Assembly: GCA_964016885.1 (NCBI GenBank)
Contig: OZ024758.1
Location: 18,786,001 to 18,850,000 of the forward strand
Direction: 5' to 3'
Length of the DNA: 64,000 nt
Origin: Eledone cirrhosa
Lineage: Eukaryota
Shown here piece by piece: positions 61,138 to 64,000 of this stretch; position 1 is the stretch's first letter, and each line of letters begins with the position of its first letter. Below the pieces are notes generated by a model. That model searched no databases. It saw only the letters and a program-made list of their open reading frames with translations, and had not been told where the DNA came from. Position numbers and translations under genes: made by a program.

Positions 61138-61573
61138 ATAATAATAATTGATTCTACTTTAGGCACAAGGCCAGCATTTTTTAAGGGGGAATTCAATGAT
61201 ATCGCCCCCATAACTTTATTGATGTTTTATTTTATCGACTCCGTAAGGATGAAATGTAAAGCTAACCAAGGTGGGATATGATCTCCGAATATATAGGGCC
61301 GTAACGTTATGCCGCAAAGTAAGGTATCTGACGCTCTACCGATACTACCAGTCCACCGTCTTCGTAATAATTTTTGATTGAGGCACATGATTTTTAGGGG
61401 AGTGGAAAGTCGATTAAATCAACCCCAGAACATTACTGGTGTTTTAATTTCATGATCCCGTAATGATAAAAGACAAAGCTAACCACGGTGGGATCTGAAC
61501 TCAGAATGTATAGGCTCATAATTATATTCTGCAGAACAATGTCCGAAGCTCTAATGATACTGCCACTTCACTG
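61138..61573 (-). mobile_element. Two tandem older SINE copies
   Basis: ~61138-61360 and ~61365-61573 match the family core in reverse. Confidence 0.7.
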
Positions 61574-61649
61574 ACTAACCTTTTCAAATTTCATTTGAAA
61601 AGGAAAATAAGGGTGGAGAGGGAACTAACAAATCAATTACCAGCAAATT

Positions 61650-61977
61650 GTTGAAATATGGGTATGAGAGGCAAGCATTGCCCGAGTGAATGTGCCGCTC
61701 TGAGCATACGCCTGTAAATTAGAAGTGGAAAACTGGGAGTGGGCACTTGTCCTGGTAGCAGGGTCACTGTGGCTTTTTTAATGGGCTTTCTCCACGTGTG
61801 GCCCTCGGAAATCTCCCCCTATTGGGGAATTTTCCTTTGTTTCTTTTTTTTTTGTCATTTCCTTTGTTTTTTTCTTTACATGCACAAATGCCAATTTGTA
61901 ACGTCCTGTAATATTATCGTCCTTTGATGTCCTTAATATTATACTTTATGTCAACCCTTGTGGTTAATAAAGAAAAC
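61650..61977 (+). mobile_element. Decayed 3' end of a related L1/Tx1 LINE
   Basis: Translates WV*EASIARVN, compared with WVKVARMARVN at the end of the 50311 ORF; ends cccttgtggttaataaagaaa. Confidence 0.6.
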
Positions 61978-61982
61978 ATTAC

Positions 61983-62018
<36 letters not shown>

Positions 62019-62033
62019 TATTATTATTATTAT

Positions 62034-62205
62034 TTCGGACGCCATGATTTGACGCTTAGAGTTACGGCCCTTGCCATTAAGAGTTCAAATCCCGCCGAGG
62101 TTAATTTTGCCTTTCATACTTAAGATGTCGATAAAATAAAGTACCAGTAATCTACTGGATAATTGCTGGCCTTGTGCCAAAAGTAGAAACAATTATTATT
62201 ATTAT
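62034..62205 (+). mobile_element. tRNA-derived SINE, 5'-truncated
   Basis: gagttcaaatcccgccgagg..gtcgataaaataaagtaccag..gtagaaacaattattatt. Confidence 0.8.
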
Positions 62206-63424
62206 TAGACTCAAATGGCATAAATCATGATTAATGGTTGATTATGGAAGACGCATAATCATTTTCATATGGTTAATAGAATATAATTAATGTCTGAGGA
62301 ATTCATCTTGATATTAATTCCATATTTTACATTTAATTAGAATAGTTTCAGGTATCTAAGATATGATGGTGTTAATTAAAGTACGACATCCTATTTGTAT
62401 ATTGATATCATATAAATATTCAATATTGTTTATTAAAATATTAGAGCTGATGATTTATTCATATCATTTTTTGTTTCTAACACGTCTTTTGTTTTTCTCA
62501 ATTACAATCAATTTTATTAATTCAGGAATGTGTAAAATATTCTATCATTTGTAGCCTTATTGTTGTATAATGTTCGTATATAATTCTATTCAGTTGTTAT
62601 ATATTTGTTATATTTTCCCGCGCTGAAACCCAATCATATTATGTGTCCAAAGAGAAAACCAGGTGCGCTTCAGTGCAAACAAACCTAGCAGAGCACTTCA
62701 ATCACCAGGTGTGAACACGACTGATTTCTTCCAGAGAAGGTGAGAGAGAAACAGAATCGGAATTAAATATAGAAAAAGGATCAAGGATGTATTATGTTCC
62801 AAACAAAAAAAAAGAATGGGGCACACACTCTCTTCCGGTAGGATTTGAAACCAACACGTAGAAAGCCAGAAGCTATATCCCAGAGCATTATATACAACAT
62901 CCTAATGACTGTTCTAATTCGGCTCCTGCACATTTTATAATGTGGGTGTAATGTTTACCAAAGAGATTAACCTCACAACACACCATTATATTTTATATAC
63001 GAATACAACTGCCATGACATACATTTCACAATGAGGCATGAAAGTTTAGCAAATTTGGATGATAAATGAGACAAGTTATTTTCATAACGAGATTTTAGAT
63101 AGATTGCTAGAGGGTAAATCGCCATAATTAAAGGATTTCAACGTATTCATATATTTTAGAATTATTTTGACGGGGGCTAATCGATCTATCTGAGGAATGA
63201 AGTGTGGAAATTGCTGACGATTTTAAGTCCTTTATCAATATCTTTTTGTGATGAGAAAAGTGTTTAACTAATGTTTACATCAACACATCAATTATTAAGG
63301 ATTTAAATGTGAACTGCATAACAAATAATGGTAGTAGATGTTTCCCGTAGGTATGAATTAATCAGTTATGAATTATATAAATACACACCAACGTGACAAC
63401 ATCTGAGCCAGAAAAGTAACAATC

Positions 63425-63473
<49 letters not shown>

Positions 63474-63917
63474 TAAAAACAATGAATAAAAACAAAGAAA
63501 CAGTTCCTTATATTGAAAAATTCATTATTTTACGATCGTTTCTATGATATATATGTGTGCGTTCGTATGTATATCATATATATCTATGTATACATTTTAC
63601 AAACTATCAGAGGAAATATACATACCTACACATATATATGCTGTACACATATATATGCTGTACACATTTTACATAGATCTATATGATATATATACCAACA
63701 CACACATATATATCATAGAAACGATCCTAGAATGAAAGATTTTTTTAACATAAGGAACTGTTTCTTTGTTTTTATTCATTGTTTTTATTAATTTATCTTG
63801 ACTCTGTTTTCCTATGATTTTCCTCGAAAAACATTTTTGAATACATCTTCTCTTTAAATGATATTTGGATTACATTGATTTCTTCATACGGATTGGACAA
63901 TACCGTATATTTTGGTA

Positions 63918-64000
<83 letters not shown>

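Overview
This is AT-rich eukaryotic non-coding DNA saturated with (TA)n, (GA)n, (CA)n and (ATT)n microsatellites. The repeat content suggests a coleoid cephalopod such as Octopus (inference). No host protein-coding gene is supported, and almost all listed ORFs are microsatellite read-throughs. The only real coding remnants are 3' ends of LINEs: one open L1/Tx1-type C-terminal zinc-knuckle fragment (50311-51026), a decayed relative, and two RTE-type ends. About a dozen tRNA-derived SINE copies are also present. The main hidden signal is RNA-structural. At least 13 type I hammerhead ribozyme (HHR) motifs from about five unrelated sequence families were folded by eye, plus several half-hammerheads. 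Most sit in short non-coding elements inserted in (TA)n tracts and are often arranged as fold-back inverted repeats, which resembles Penelope-like pLTR remnants. The standout is a 320-bp-period tandem pair of hammerheads with a ~28-bp extended stem I and a rare U3:A8 core (15483-16047), a candidate non-LTR retrozyme that could yield a 320-nt circular RNA. All folds are manual and untested, and repeat boundaries are approximate.
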